Positions 28,559-39,972 are shown, counted from the stretch's first letter. The stretch: 64,000 bases of DNA from a virus (IMGVR_UViG_3300033074_000233:128001-192000), one strand, 5' to 3'. The notes: generated from the letters alone by a model not told the origin. Made by a program: numbers and translations.

Positions 28559-29451
28559 ATGACTCCTGAGGAAGATAGATACAGAAGGTACAAGGAGTTC
28601 AATCGGGATCGCTGGTCTAGTGCGGAACTTTATGCAGGCATCTTTGTCGTAGGCCTTATTACTTGTGGTGCCCTTTGGTGGCAATACTACAAGTTCTGCG
28701 AGTGTCGCCAAGTAGGCCACGGTATCCTGTATTGCTTAGCCAGTTTGTTTTAGGGAGGTTGGCATGAACAGGAACAAACTGATTATCCAGTTGCAAAAAG
28801 AACTCAAGCAAATGAAATGGGCTGGTTGCTCAGGCGATCAAGCAATGGACGAACGCTGGGACGAAGCCATCGCTGCTGTCCAGAACCGTATCGAACAGTT
28901 ACTTTCACTGGACGCATTAGATACCGTGCGCGAGACTCTGATACCTATAGGTAACATTATACCTCCGTGTACTAGCCCTGAGCACAATCCACCAAGTCAA
29001 CTGTACGTTCCTCCTGATACCAATTATACCCACACTTGTCCATCATGTGGTGCTAAATCTACTCTGGGTACACCTATAATGTTTCTTGGCAAATCACTTG
29101 GTGGACTAGATGGCCCTTGATATAGAAAAGCCAACCTTCACGTACTTCGTCAAAGATAAACCTGAGTGGATCAAACTTGGTAAGTACGTCAACTGGCTGT
29201 TGAAAGAGCAGATTACAGGTGCGCCCGGTGTCTCTGGTACCTTTGCCTTGAAGATGTGTCCTGGTCCTGATGGATGTTTTCTCAGTGCCGACTTTTGGGC
29301 TTCACCTCTTGGTCAAGGTTATCAAACATCTATCACGGGTTATAAGGAACTGGACGTATGGCAGCGTTCTGTAAAGTATGCAGACGATTTACGCAAGCAA
29401 GCAATAAAATACATAGCCAAGACTGCCAAGAAAACCAAGAGGAAAAAATGA
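28559..29451 (+). other. Small hypothetical genes (28559-28753, 28764-29120, 29110-29451)
   Basis: Packed ORFs with RBSs. Confidence 0.6.
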
Positions 29452-30614
29452 AACAAACTAGTGCTGTCACCACTTATGGTTCTGTGGAAATGCCCAATAG
29501 CATTAAAGACTTCCTAGATAGAGGAGGTGTTAGACGCCACACTCTATATAAAGAGCCTCACGACGAGGATGATATTCCAAACGCAAATCCAAAGAACAAA
29601 AAGATTGTTGTCCTGTATCACGATAAGTGCTGGGACGGAACAACGGCTGCTTGGTGTGCCTGGCTCAAGTTGAAACACTCTGCTGTTTATATTCCAGTGA
29701 ACTACAAGAAGCCTCTGCCTAATGTAGATTGGACGCGAGTGAAACAGGTTTACATTCTGGACTTCTCCTATAACCGTGAAGTCCTTGACGAACTCTATGC
29801 AGTAGTCAATGGCAACCTCGTTGTCCTCGATCACCACAAGACGGCCGCGAAAGAATTGAAAGACAGGCACTACGCTTGCTTCGCAAAGAACCTTTCCGGT
29901 GCTGGCATGTCGTGGATGTATTTCCATGAGAAGTTTACGCTGCTTGGCTTGTCTCGGTGCTCTCACCAAGGCTGGGGATCGAGCAAGGCCTCAGGCACAA
30001 TGCCGAAATTTGTTTACTTCGCCCAGGATTACGACTTGTGGAAGTTCAAGGATAAGGATACCAAAGCGTTCCGTGCTGCACAGGATATGTTTCCTCGCAC
30101 GATAGACACAATACAGAAGATACACGACGCTCGGGTTAACGGAACGAACCCGATGAACATGGACCAATTGATTAAAAAGGGCAAGTTCATCCTCGAACAG
30201 AAAACGAAGATGGTCAATGAAGCAGCCTCTACCGCTTTCAGAATGACCTTCCCAATTCCAGGTGTGAATGAGTCTGAGACACTACTTGCAGAAGGCTATG
30301 GTGTAATCTCCTCAAATCCGAGCATTACCTCTGATCTTGGCAACGTACTTGCAAAGCGCGCAGCGAAAGAAGGTCTGGGTGGCTACTCCGTTGTGTTCAG
30401 CCTAAACGGCAAGTCTATGCAAAGTGGTGAGGTCTTTCTGTCGATTCGATCCGTTAAGCACGTTGACATTTCGGACTTCGCTCTTGCTTATGGTGGAGGC
30501 GGTCATGCACAGGCTTCTGGCTGTACCTGGAACTACGCTTTCTTCCTGCAGTTCCTGGGTCACCTGGGCATAAAGGCCCTGGACAAACAAGATGAAAAGG
30601 TTAAGAGGAAGTAA
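29448..30614 (+). CDS. DHH/DHHA1 phosphoesterase (NrnB-like)
   Basis: YH..C.DG..AAW, ILDFS, LDHHKTA, SGA, D.DLW, SIRS, YGGGGH..ASG. Confidence 0.9.
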   Translation: MKQTSAVTTYGSVEMPNSIKDFLDRGGVRRHTLYKEPHDEDDIPNANPKNKKIVVLYHDKCWDGTTAAWCAWLKLKHSAVYIPVNYKKPLPNVDWTRVKQVYILDFSYNREVLDELYAVVNGNLVVLDHHKTAAKELKDRHYACFAKNLSGAGMSWMYFHEKFTLLGLSRCSHQGWGSSKASGTMPKFVYFAQDYDLWKFKDKDTKAFRAAQDMFPRTIDTIQKIHDARVNGTNPMNMDQLIKKGKFILEQKTKMVNEAASTAFRMTFPIPGVNESETLLAEGYGVISSNPSITSDLGNVLAKRAAKEGLGGYSVVFSLNGKSMQSGEVFLSIRSVKHVDISDFALAYGGGGHAQASGCTWNYAFFLQFLGHLGIKALDKQDEKVKRK

Positions 30615-30948
30615 GATACTTCGCAAAGGCTTCTGCGTGTTCTGTGGCTACAACGTAGTTCACACTGACACAATAATGCCTTCAAAGGAAAGAGAAACGC
30701 AATGCCTTCATTGCGGCTATCAAGAAACGTATTCTGTAAATAAAGATGAGAAGGACACAGGTGAAGGCGAAACGACCCAACTGGAAATATAGTTTGTCTG
30801 TGTCCTTGTTCAAGATATGTGCGGTGTTACTACTGGCCTCGTTTGCAACACCCGACGATTGGTCAACTAGCCTACAGTGTGCTTTCTTGACTCTGTTTAT
30901 TCCCGCTTTCGCTTTATACACCTATTACTACGACGAGGAGTCACGAAA

Positions 30949-31776
30949 ATGCAAATGACCAGTTTCGCCGAGCGCCTGATTGCGTTCAACGATATGTACC
31001 GCCTTCCGATCAGTCTGTCGCCGACGCTGAGTTGGGCACATGCTAGTAAGCACCCTCGTGGTAACAACACCGAAATTCCCAGCAGCGTTCAGGTTCACGA
31101 AGACTGGGCTGTTCAGGTCAACAACTTCTTCAACATTCTGCGTGAGGAACTTGGCGAACTGGACGACCTCCAAGAAATGTTTGACTCGGAGTCCGAAGCG
31201 GACGAGTTCGACATTCTCACGGCCATTGCTGACTGGCTGAGCGACATTGCCGTATACTCAATGTCTGAGGCTACCAAGTACGGCGTAGCGGACTACGTTC
31301 CGAACTTCATCTATACAGATCATGCCTCACTTGGAGTTGCCTACTCGGAACTCGACCAGATGGAAAGCGCGATCATGTCAGTAGGCGAAGGTCTGACGCA
31401 ACTGGTTGACTATCACGAAACGATCCTTGTTGGTCAGCCGTCAGCAAAGAACATGGCCAAGTTCCTTACGGCTCTTATCGCACGTTGCTTCCACGAGGCC
31501 GAGCACTTCGGCTTCAACCTGTATGACACTCTGGAAATCGTAATGGATTCCAATATGTCGAAACTGGGCGAAGACGGCAATCCGATCTATGACGAGCGTG
31601 GCAAAGTCAAGAAAGGCCCAGGCTACTGGAAGCCTGAGCCGAAGATTCGTGAGTACATCACGTCCTTGTTTGAATTGGATGATTCCGAAGACGAAGAACT
31701 GGAAGACGACGAGGAAGATGAAGACGAAGAAGATGACGACCTCGAAGTCGATGGTACTGAGGAGATTGAGAAATGA
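30949..31776 (+). CDS. MazG-like NTP pyrophosphohydrolase with acidic tail
   Basis: LREEL.EL, ADWL.D..VY, VMDSNMSKLGEDG.PIYDE.GKV.KGP.YW.PE. Confidence 0.8.
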   Translation: MQMTSFAERLIAFNDMYRLPISLSPTLSWAHASKHPRGNNTEIPSSVQVHEDWAVQVNNFFNILREELGELDDLQEMFDSESEADEFDILTAIADWLSDIAVYSMSEATKYGVADYVPNFIYTDHASLGVAYSELDQMESAIMSVGEGLTQLVDYHETILVGQPSAKNMAKFLTALIARCFHEAEHFGFNLYDTLEIVMDSNMSKLGEDGNPIYDERGKVKKGPGYWKPEPKIREYITSLFELDDSEDEELEDDEEDEDEEDDDLEVDGTEEIEK

Positions 31777-32246
31777 AACTGCCTACTGGTCAGACAATAA
31801 TGCCGCACCAGTTTAACGTAACCTTCAATGGAAATCCCGTTGAAGGTCTTACGGAATGGATTGACGATGTTTGCATCGACTACGTTGAACAGAAAATCGG
31901 CCTGTCTTTCCTGCTTGCTTATGACAAAGACCCCGATAACACACTGTCCCACCAGAAGTTAGTGGCTCTTATGTCTGTTCCAGAGACAACCATGGAAGTG
32001 CATATCCTTACCCCGTCTAACGAGGAGGTATGTAAAGAAGTATTCCATAAATTGAAAATTGCAGAACTATACTACGGGTTGAACGCTTGCCTTGTATCCG
32101 GCGACAACTCAACTGTTCTTGACAACGAAGATGAGGAAGAACCAGACACTAGACCACGCAAAGTATCTATGTTCGACAACCAGGTGAATGTTTCTGCTTC
32201 CATCAAATTCGGAGTAACTAGCAATGGCAACGGGCAACTCTCCTGA
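31773..32246 (+). CDS. Hypothetical protein (weak tail-tube-like resemblance)
   Basis: P..FNVTF...LT.WI.DV; weak pattern only. Confidence 0.55.
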   Translation: MKLPTGQTIMPHQFNVTFNGNPVEGLTEWIDDVCIDYVEQKIGLSFLLAYDKDPDNTLSHQKLVALMSVPETTMEVHILTPSNEEVCKEVFHKLKIAELYYGLNACLVSGDNSTVLDNEDEEEPDTRPRKVSMFDNQVNVSASIKFGVTSNGNGQLS

Positions 32247-32811
32247 AGTATCCGGTACAGCGAACGTGCCCATGCACCTGCGTTTCAAGTGGTGGCGTGA
32301 CCGTGTATCCTACAGCATCACCTCGCGTCTATCCCAGTTCTTTCTCAGACTCGCCTTTCGTTTTGGCGACCGTGAGAGCAAGCTGGTAAAACACGCAGAA
32401 GCCGAGATGCGCCGCGCTGGATTGTACGACGCTGACGCCGACTACGGTGGAATGCTACCACACGCGGTAATGCAACTGGTACGTATTCACTCCATGCAAG
32501 GTCACAGTGGCTTCTCACATGGCTACACTCTGGCCTTGTTCAACAAGGTAGTGAACTTCCAAGTGCTCACTCCGATCACGGATGACCCAGAAGAATGGAA
32601 CGAATGCTCGATCATGATGGGTCGACCTAGCTGGCAGAACAAACGTCAGTCTTCTTGTTTCTCCGATGATGGTGGCAAGACGTATCGTGATATTAACGAA
32701 CGTCCCATACACACGGACGAAACTGGAGAAACTTATACCAAAAGTAGTGATGAGGCACCGTTGCATATATCTAAGCCACATAAGGGTAATGTGGATGGCC
32801 AGCCCGGTTGA
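32224..32811 (+). CDS. Hypothetical phage protein
   Basis: QGHSGFS, LTPITD..EEW, WQNKR.S..F motifs. Confidence 0.7.
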   Translation: MATGNSPEVSGTANVPMHLRFKWWRDRVSYSITSRLSQFFLRLAFRFGDRESKLVKHAEAEMRRAGLYDADADYGGMLPHAVMQLVRIHSMQGHSGFSHGYTLALFNKVVNFQVLTPITDDPEEWNECSIMMGRPSWQNKRQSSCFSDDGGKTYRDINERPIHTDETGETYTKSSDEAPLHISKPHKGNVDGQPG

Positions 32812-32985
32812 ACACAAACTTGAGGATGTAGAGGCTAGGTTGAAAGACCTACGTGGACACATACCTCCGAACCTTGAGTTTGCTATTCAGGACTTGATAG
32901 CGGTAGCGCGCCATCAGCAAAACGAGATAGCCCAGTTGAAGCGCCGCGTCCCTGAGGATGACGGTCGTTAGGAATCTATAACATT

Positions 32986-33200
32986 CACAACCATCAGAAA
33001 CCAAGTCAGCCAAGGGCTTGTCAAAACTGCGGGCAATTTTCTTGGCAGTGGATAGGTAACTGCTCGTTCTTTCCCGTAGTCCTGCAATTCGCTTGCACAA
33101 TCTGGCTCTGACCCATGAGTGCGGAAATAGCGGTTGTGTTTGTTTACTGTGGACCCGCCGAGTCCCAGCGTGAGGTGTGTGGCTGACTTCACCCCTCACG
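32986..33200. ncRNA. Pseudoknotted structured intergenic element (strand undetermined)
   Basis: AAGTCAGCCA/TGGCTGACTT 10-bp pairing into a hairpin loop, plus six other helices. Confidence 0.55.
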
Positions 33201-33229
33201 GATAAGGCATATATTAGTGGAGGTCAAGT

Positions 33230-33667
33230 ATGACCAGAATAAACATTATAGACCCAGCCGAGTTGTACGATCAACACCTAATGGCCGAGCGCAAAGAGAT
33301 ACTCCAACTCTGCGGCTCCCTCAGACGTTCGCTCGCCAGTTCTCGTGGCGTAAACATTTCCCGCATTCCTTCTAAGTTCACCCTTAATCGTGGCCATGTC
33401 CTTTTCTTCTATGACAAGGGGTATTACCTTCACCAGCGTTTTCGTGCTGTGACGAAGGAAATGATTAAGCGTGGCTTCAATCCCGATCAAAGCATCCTGT
33501 TCCCAGCTACCTTGTGGCCTAGCCATCTCTATAACGACTGGTCTCCCTCTAACGAGGATGAGGCCATTATTCGTTTCCGCATCGCCCATAAACTGGCCAT
33601 GAAGCCTAACTGGTATAAAAAGACACCAGTAAAAACACACGTTATTGCGTGGGCAAGGGCTCAGTAA
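33230..33667 (+). CDS. denV: Pyrimidine dimer DNA glycosylase / endonuclease V
   Basis: MTRIN...EL.DQHLMAE.KE, F.L..GHV.FFYDK..YL..R, KPNWY. Confidence 0.93.
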   Translation: MTRINIIDPAELYDQHLMAERKEILQLCGSLRRSLASSRGVNISRIPSKFTLNRGHVLFFYDKGYYLHQRFRAVTKEMIKRGFNPDQSILFPATLWPSHLYNDWSPSNEDEAIIRFRIAHKLAMKPNWYKKTPVKTHVIAWARAQ

Positions 33668-33695
33668 TTAGACCTCTCAAAAACAGCGCCTTTTA

Positions 33696-33840
33696 AGCAA
33701 ACTTTTGATTCTATTGACTACCTACACCAACGCTCTAAAATGGCCGTTTTTACGCGAGAAAAACGCTTGTTTTTAGTGCTTTTTTATGCTATACTGTAGA
33801 TGCTAGAAAACGTCGAAAATACGGCTATCAAAAGTTTGCT
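33696..33840 (+). promoter_or_regulatory. Inverted-repeat-bracketed sigma70-type promoter module, copy 2
   Basis: 14-bp IR (33696-33709 / 33827-33840); TTGTTT-17-TATACT with TG extension. Confidence 0.75.
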
Positions 33841-33880
33841 AGATTCACAGCCCACTAGATCATACGTTAGGAGATACAAC

Positions 33881-36800
33881 ATGGTTAACCTCAAACTGGT
33901 ACAGGTTACGGATGACGTGGACTTCGTGTCTACGGAATTGCTGGAGGCTTGTGAGGAGGGCGAAGTGTCGTATATCGTCCAGGCCCACACAACCGGTGAA
34001 GTCCTTGTATGGTGTGCTGCTGGTCCAGAAGGCGAACTGCTTGAAGTGGACGAGGAAGACGCGGTACCGTATATCGCCAAAGCCCTGTTCCCGAACTAAT
34101 TACAACCCAAACCCTACGTTAGGAGATAGACATGAACCGTGTACAATCATTCATCCTTGGCGCAGTCCTCACGGGTTTCGTTGCGTTGGCTTTCACTGCA
34201 CACGAAGTCAATGAGGAAACGCATCGCCTGATGGTATTCAAGGAAGTAGGCACGATGCTTCTGCAAGGCCAGAATGAAACGGAAATCATTATGAATGTGA
34301 AGTCCACGACGGACCTCAACGAAGTACGCGCAGCCTTCAACTACTACAAGGAGTCAACGAAATGAAAACCCTCTGGATGGTGAAGCATAAGGCTTCTGGT
34401 ACCTTCGAGACCCAACCGAAAGCAACGGCGAAAGCCGCGTGGGAAGAGTTCTGGTTCAAGATGGAACGCCTGAACCTGCACAAGAAAGCGGCCGAGCAAG
34501 ACTACGACGCCGTTGAAGTAACGGTAGCGGAAACTGGTTCTACTTGCAACAACAACGAGTGGTGAATATCATGGTAAACGCTGGCAAACTCGATTCCTTC
34601 ATGCAGCACTATGCACAGGCTCTGCACAAGGCCGTAGCCGAACACAACGCGGAATACGGATATCCGGTTGAGCACGTTCCCGTTGTTGTGAAAAAGATGA
34701 AACTGGCTATCGAAAATGGTTCATACAACCATGACGGTCGCGGATTCAAGGGCGCATGTAAGGCGCTCGGTATCAAGTACACCAAGAAAGCAATCGAAGA
34801 ATACCTGGAGAGGAAGTAACCATGGCTCGTACAAAAACCCAGTTCGACCGCGTTATGGAAGACCTGTCATCAAAAGTTCGCGCTGCTCTCGGCGTGTTGA
34901 TCGGCACCAACACAGCCGTATACGTTGCACCTGCTGACGTAGCCGAGCACATTCTTTCTCCATACAATGGCTTGTCAGAAGACGAACGTGAGGAAGTGGT
35001 CAAGCGCGTAGGTGCGTTGCTTTCCACAATGTCGCGCAAGGGCAACTGCGACATTTACCGCACCGATCACAAGATTCAACCCAAGGCTATCAATCGCAAA
35101 GCGCAGTACGGCTATCGTATCGGTCCTGTGCTCACTCCTATTCGCACTACCGAGGTGCGACTTCAGGAGAAGATGACGGCTGACATGGTTGCATCGGCTA
35201 CTGAGGATCCGATTGCTTTCCTGCTGTCGATCAAAGCCCAGTTGCCGTTGTTGAAACTGAACGCTCTGATGGTTGAGATTTGCGGTGAGATTCAGAACCG
35301 TGTCATGGAACAACACGTCGCCATGTCCCAGTTGGACAAGCGCATGAAAGAACTGTCAGAAGACTTCAAGAGTTTGTCAGGAGTAGCCAATGAAGAAGAA
35401 GAGGAGCCGATTCAAGAGCAAGAGTCAATACAAGGACGAGGCAAGAAGAAAGCAAGAGGCTGAGGCGCTGGCCCGACAGACACAACGTCGCCTAGATCGC
35501 CTTGTTCCTGACAAAGAGGTCAAGACCAAGACGTTCGATGTGTACAAGCCCAAGGCTGTATGGCGTCCTGAACCTCAGAGCATAAAGTCAAAGCGTAAGG
35601 GCGTTGAGCCTGTGCGTAAGCACGCCAAGACTGTAAAGTATGAGGGTGAGATGGCGCAGCGCGAAAGCGCAGCCCAAGAGGAAGTAGAAGCCAAGAAAAA
35701 GCGTATTGCGCCTATGTACAACAAGGGGGCATACATGCTGATAACTGACGGAACTGATCCAAAAGAAATTGGCCGCAAGAACCCACTTTAGATAAGAGGT
35801 AATAGACATGACTACCGAAACCAAAGTAAACTTCAACATCACCAACTGGGCTGACGAGTTCTGGTCGTTTACCGAACGCAGGGACAAGCAGGGCGAGCCG
35901 CTTCCGATCACCGAAGCCCAGCGCGTGGGCTTCTGTCTGAACGATGCAATCGGCATGATTGAAGGTATCCCGGAAGACTTCGGTTACGCGATTGCCGAAA
36001 AACGTGCAAAGTCCTGTGGCCTGAAGTGTACGCCCGGCTTCCTTGTTTGCATTGCGTCGATTGCGAACACTCCGGGCGAGATCGTTATGTTTATCCATGC
36101 GTTTCGCCACGAGCAGGACGCAAGCAACGCTGTCGGTGAGGCCACCGAACTCCTGAAGCGTGGCTACAACGCGGCTGACTTCTTTCACCTCACCAAGAAC
36201 GTCACGCCCAGCAAGGACCACATGCACAAGATGTGGGACGCGCAGAAGGGTGGTCCGCAGTCTCGCGTTGACAACTGGCTGGACTTCCTCGCTACGGAGC
36301 CGCGCTTCATCAAGGCTATTCGTGACGGCTACTGCGAAATGCCGGAGTTGTTGTGATATGAAAAAGCAAACGAACTACCAAGTGATAGCGACCAAGAGTC
36401 TTAAAGACTTGCACTTGGAGGTAGAGATCGCTATGAAAGAAGGCTGGGAATGCACGGGCGGTGTCTGTGCTGTTGATACCTCACCGAAGTCCTTTCCCAG
36501 TGTTGATTTGTCCTATCACCAAGCGATGGTGATGTATTCGGATTACGGAGACTGACCATGAAACGCAACCTCGCAGTAAGCGCCGTGTGCCTTCTGGACA
36601 CGATTGACGTAAACGTCAACAACCTCAACCTGACTGATGCCGAGTTCCGCGAGTTCGTTTGCAACAGCATGATCGCCGTGCGCAACGAGTTCGAGGCCGC
36701 TGCTATGCAGGCAAACGGTTTGACCAGAAAAGATTTGCCTGAGCGCCTGTACGCTCTCAGCAACCTCACGTAAGGAGAACAAGATGGACCATCATACTTT

Positions 36801-38470
36801 CTGGGCATATGTTTCGGTAGGTGCCGCAAGTATTTCGGTGCTCAGTGTAGTTTGGATGATAGTGAAGGCTTATTACTATAACAGGCCTGCTATCTATAAG
36901 TGGAACGCTGAAAAGAAAAAATGGGAGTAAAAGAAATGCTGAATCACATTCACGCTCAGGTTTTCATCGAGACCTTCCTGTACACCTTCTTCAAGCGAAA
37001 GATGAACTTGGCTATCGGCCAAAGTAGCAGCGACATTTACATCGTGGATCAGGTGAACACCCTTCGTAACGAAGGTCGTAAGGATGCTTTCACCAATTTC
37101 AGTTTCACGATTGGTGCAAACTTCCGACAGGACGAACAGAAGTTTGCACGGGAAATCGTGGACATGCTCATGACGGCACTGAACGATAACTTCGATGAGG
37201 CCAATATTGGGATTGACTGGACTGACTGGACAGGTCATGAAGGTTTTTACCAGCACGGTTTTCCCGAGTGTCGTCTTTGCGTAAACGTGTACTGAGGAGA
37301 ACAACATGGCTGAGCACAAAATCTACTGCCGCGTTATCGGTACCAACAGCATCACCGGTACTATCGCTGTAGCCAGCAAAATGATCGACTGCTCTACAGG
37401 TGGTTCCATTGAACAGGGCGACTACATCGTCATCAAGTGCAACAAGGTTGATGAGGACTACGCCTCTATTCAACTGGACCTGTTGAACGCTCTGGAATAC
37501 TTCAACCTGAATAGTATCCAGATTCAGGACATGCGTGGAAAGATTCTCCACGTGAAGAACAACCCGGCGCCCCGTGTGGTGTTCCATGAAGGGCCCGGCT
37601 GAAACGGAAGACGCGCTCTCCAAGGACTTGGTAGAGCGTGTAGTACAAAACATGGATACTCTTAGTGCCCACGAAAGACTGGAAGTGATGAAAGCCTTCT
37701 GTCCTAAGTGTGGCGCAAAGTTTCTATATCACAAAGGCAGGAAAGAAACCTGCTATCACAATCCTTCTGACTGAGGGCATCATGGAAATCGTAACCTGGA
37801 CGCAGTTGCGCGAAGCAATCGTGGAGCGTTCCATCAACGAGCGCGAAGAAAGAAATCAACTTGAGGCAATGGAGGGCTGGAAAGACGACGGCTACTCTGT
37901 GGAGTGGACTGCCAAGCGCATGGGCTACTGTGATGCTATCGAAGAAGAAAAGATCTTCTATATCTACTGGCGTGACGGTAGGAAGCAGCAAGTAGTAGGC
38001 CATGACATTGCTGATGCCTTCTCCAAAGCAGGCTATGGCGGTGGGGCGATCAACGCCATAGACTTCTACAAACAAGGCGTAGACAACTACGAGTGGAACT
38101 CTGAACAACGTACTTGGTTGGAGGTAGAGCCGTGAGCAACTGTAAGTATATCATCATGGAAGAATACTACACCGGAATCACGACGTTGGATTCCTTCCCT
38201 TTCATCTTCCCTAGTGTTATTAGCCACGATCTAGAGGCCCATCGTCGAGGCTATCCTGAACGTAAGGTGATTGCTGCTGGCTTCTGTTGTCCTGCAGATA
38301 TGGCGATAAATCCAATCGTCATTGATGGTGTGGAACATCGTAAAGAGGAAGACAAACTCACAGGCCGTATTCACACCTTACGTTGGATATGCTGGGGTCG
38401 GTCGGACTCTCTTGGTATAGCAACACGCGGTGATGTGGACGCACAGATACTTAACAAGTTCTTTCGGTAA
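33881..38470 (+). other. Cluster of small, probably early genes (33881-34099, 34132-34365, 34362-34565, 34571-34819, 34822-35463, 35390-35791, 35808-36356, 36358-36555 DUF1737-like, 36558-36773, 36921-37295, 37306-37602, 37782-38135 and others)
   Basis: Co-oriented short ORFs with strong RBSs downstream of the promoter module. Confidence 0.65.
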
Positions 38471-38482
38471 CACGGAGACACT

Positions 38483-39151
38483 ATGAACGAACTACAAACC
38501 ACAAGTACAAACTCGGGAATTGAGGTTGAGGTAGTTATCAATGACAACCTTCCCTCGGTAGACGTTGTACCGATTGACGAACGAGTAGAAGCCCACTGGA
38601 AAACGGAGTCTGGCCTGTATGCAGTCGCCTACCGACAGCCTATGGGCCACCTGTGTGGATACGTGAGCGTTCCTTGCTTTCATCCGTTGTACGGAGTGTT
38701 CGCAAGTGACAAGACAATCTATCTTCCACGCAGGCCTGAACCTGTCGTGGGTTCGTTCTGGATTCGGTTGATCGCTTGGTTCAAGAGTTTGTTCGCCGAG
38801 CGTATTCCGCAGTCGCCTGAAGAAGCGTTCGACGTACACGGTGGAATCACTTGGTCCGAAGGTTCACAGACGCACCCTGTCGCGTCTGACCGCGTCTGGT
38901 GGTTCGGATTCGACTGTGCCCATTATTGCGACGCGCCTGACCTGACTATGGTGTCTCCGAACATGGCCCAGTTGATGGGACGAATATACCGACAAGGTAC
39001 CGTGCGAACGCTGGACTTCGTTCTGCATGACCAGCAGACCTGGGAACAGGCTATGCAAGGTGAAATGCGCGTAGTGTTCCGCGACGGCCAGATGTACAAC
39101 GTCCAGTCGCTCGCAGACATTCGTGCTCGCCTCGCTGCCGAACTGGTGTAA
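38483..39151 (+). CDS. Phage hypothetical protein with a NadV-like C-terminal tail
   Basis: GHLCGYV, VHGGITW, WWFGFDCAH; tail HDQQTWEQ..QGEMRVVFRDG...QSLADIRARL. Confidence 0.7.
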   Translation: MNELQTTSTNSGIEVEVVINDNLPSVDVVPIDERVEAHWKTESGLYAVAYRQPMGHLCGYVSVPCFHPLYGVFASDKTIYLPRRPEPVVGSFWIRLIAWFKSLFAERIPQSPEEAFDVHGGITWSEGSQTHPVASDRVWWFGFDCAHYCDAPDLTMVSPNMAQLMGRIYRQGTVRTLDFVLHDQQTWEQAMQGEMRVVFRDGQMYNVQSLADIRARLAAELV

Positions 39152-39160
39152 GTAAAACGA

Positions 39161-39187
39161 CAGGGCCTGGACTATGTCTGGGCCCTG
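39161..39187 (+). terminator. Stem-loop after gene (possible terminator or processing site)
   Basis: CAGGGCCTGGAC-TAT-GTCTGGGCCCTG; no clear U tract. Confidence 0.45.
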
Positions 39188-39413
39188 TCCCACTTGGGAG
39201 AAAGGAAATGTTTGTACACTACGTCTTAATTCTTACCTTGTTGTCCTCAACTTCTCAGACAGGCAATTCTATATCTCAGATGGAGTTTGATTCTAGACAG
39301 TCCTGTTTGACCGCACGGGCTTTTTGGATAGAGCAAGTATTCATTGCAAAGAAAAGCGGATCGTACTATGGTTATCCCGTTGCTGTGTGCGTTCCTAAGT
39401 AAGGAGAACGAAA

Positions 39414-39818
39414 ATGGATAGGCCATTTAGAGAACATGAACTCAACCTGATTAAAGGCTTGTTGCCTGCACACTTCTACCACTCAATCGTTAGGATGAAC
39501 AAGCACCCAGAGGAAATAGCACAACTGAAAAAGCGTATAGAGGAACTGGAGAACCCTGTTGTCTTTCGCTTCCGTGAGCATAGGGGTTCGCTAGAGGATT
39601 CTCTTGCCACGGAAAAGGTCCTTACTTCCAATAGCAAGGACGTCTTGATAGACTGCATTAAGGAGATACTAAATACCTATCCTATTGATGTAGACGAGGC
39701 GAAAGTGACGATTGAGCCTTACACTAAAGGCGGACGCACCTTTGGGTGGAAGGATACCTACATAGTGTCCTTACGTTTCTACGGTGTCATAGGCTTCACG
39801 AACTACATGCCCGTGTAG
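39414..39818 (+). CDS. Hypothetical phage protein
   Basis: AAGGAG RBS; FREHRGSLEDSLAT. Confidence 0.65.
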   Translation: MDRPFREHELNLIKGLLPAHFYHSIVRMNKHPEEIAQLKKRIEELENPVVFRFREHRGSLEDSLATEKVLTSNSKDVLIDCIKEILNTYPIDVDEAKVTIEPYTKGGRTFGWKDTYIVSLRFYGVIGFTNYMPV

Positions 39819-39958
39819 AGCAAACTTTTGACTGCTCTCAGGGCACCCTAGAAAGGAGCTGGGTTTGCATCGTAAAAGGCCCTGTTTGCAGAGGGTCTCA
39901 GGACGTGCTATAATGACAGCGCAAGACTACACGCTAGAATCATCATCAAAAGTTTGCT
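39819..39958 (+). promoter_or_regulatory. Inverted-repeat-bracketed sigma70-type promoter module, copy 3
   Basis: 13-bp IR (39819-31 / 39946-58); TTGCAG-17-TATAAT with TG extension. Confidence 0.78.
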
Positions 39959-39972
39959 GAAGGAGAATAGAC

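Noticed and set aside
33003-33189. RNase P RNA P4 helix or retron msr-msd
   Set aside because: Lacks the GAGGAAAGUCC context and bulged U; no reverse transcriptase in the window.
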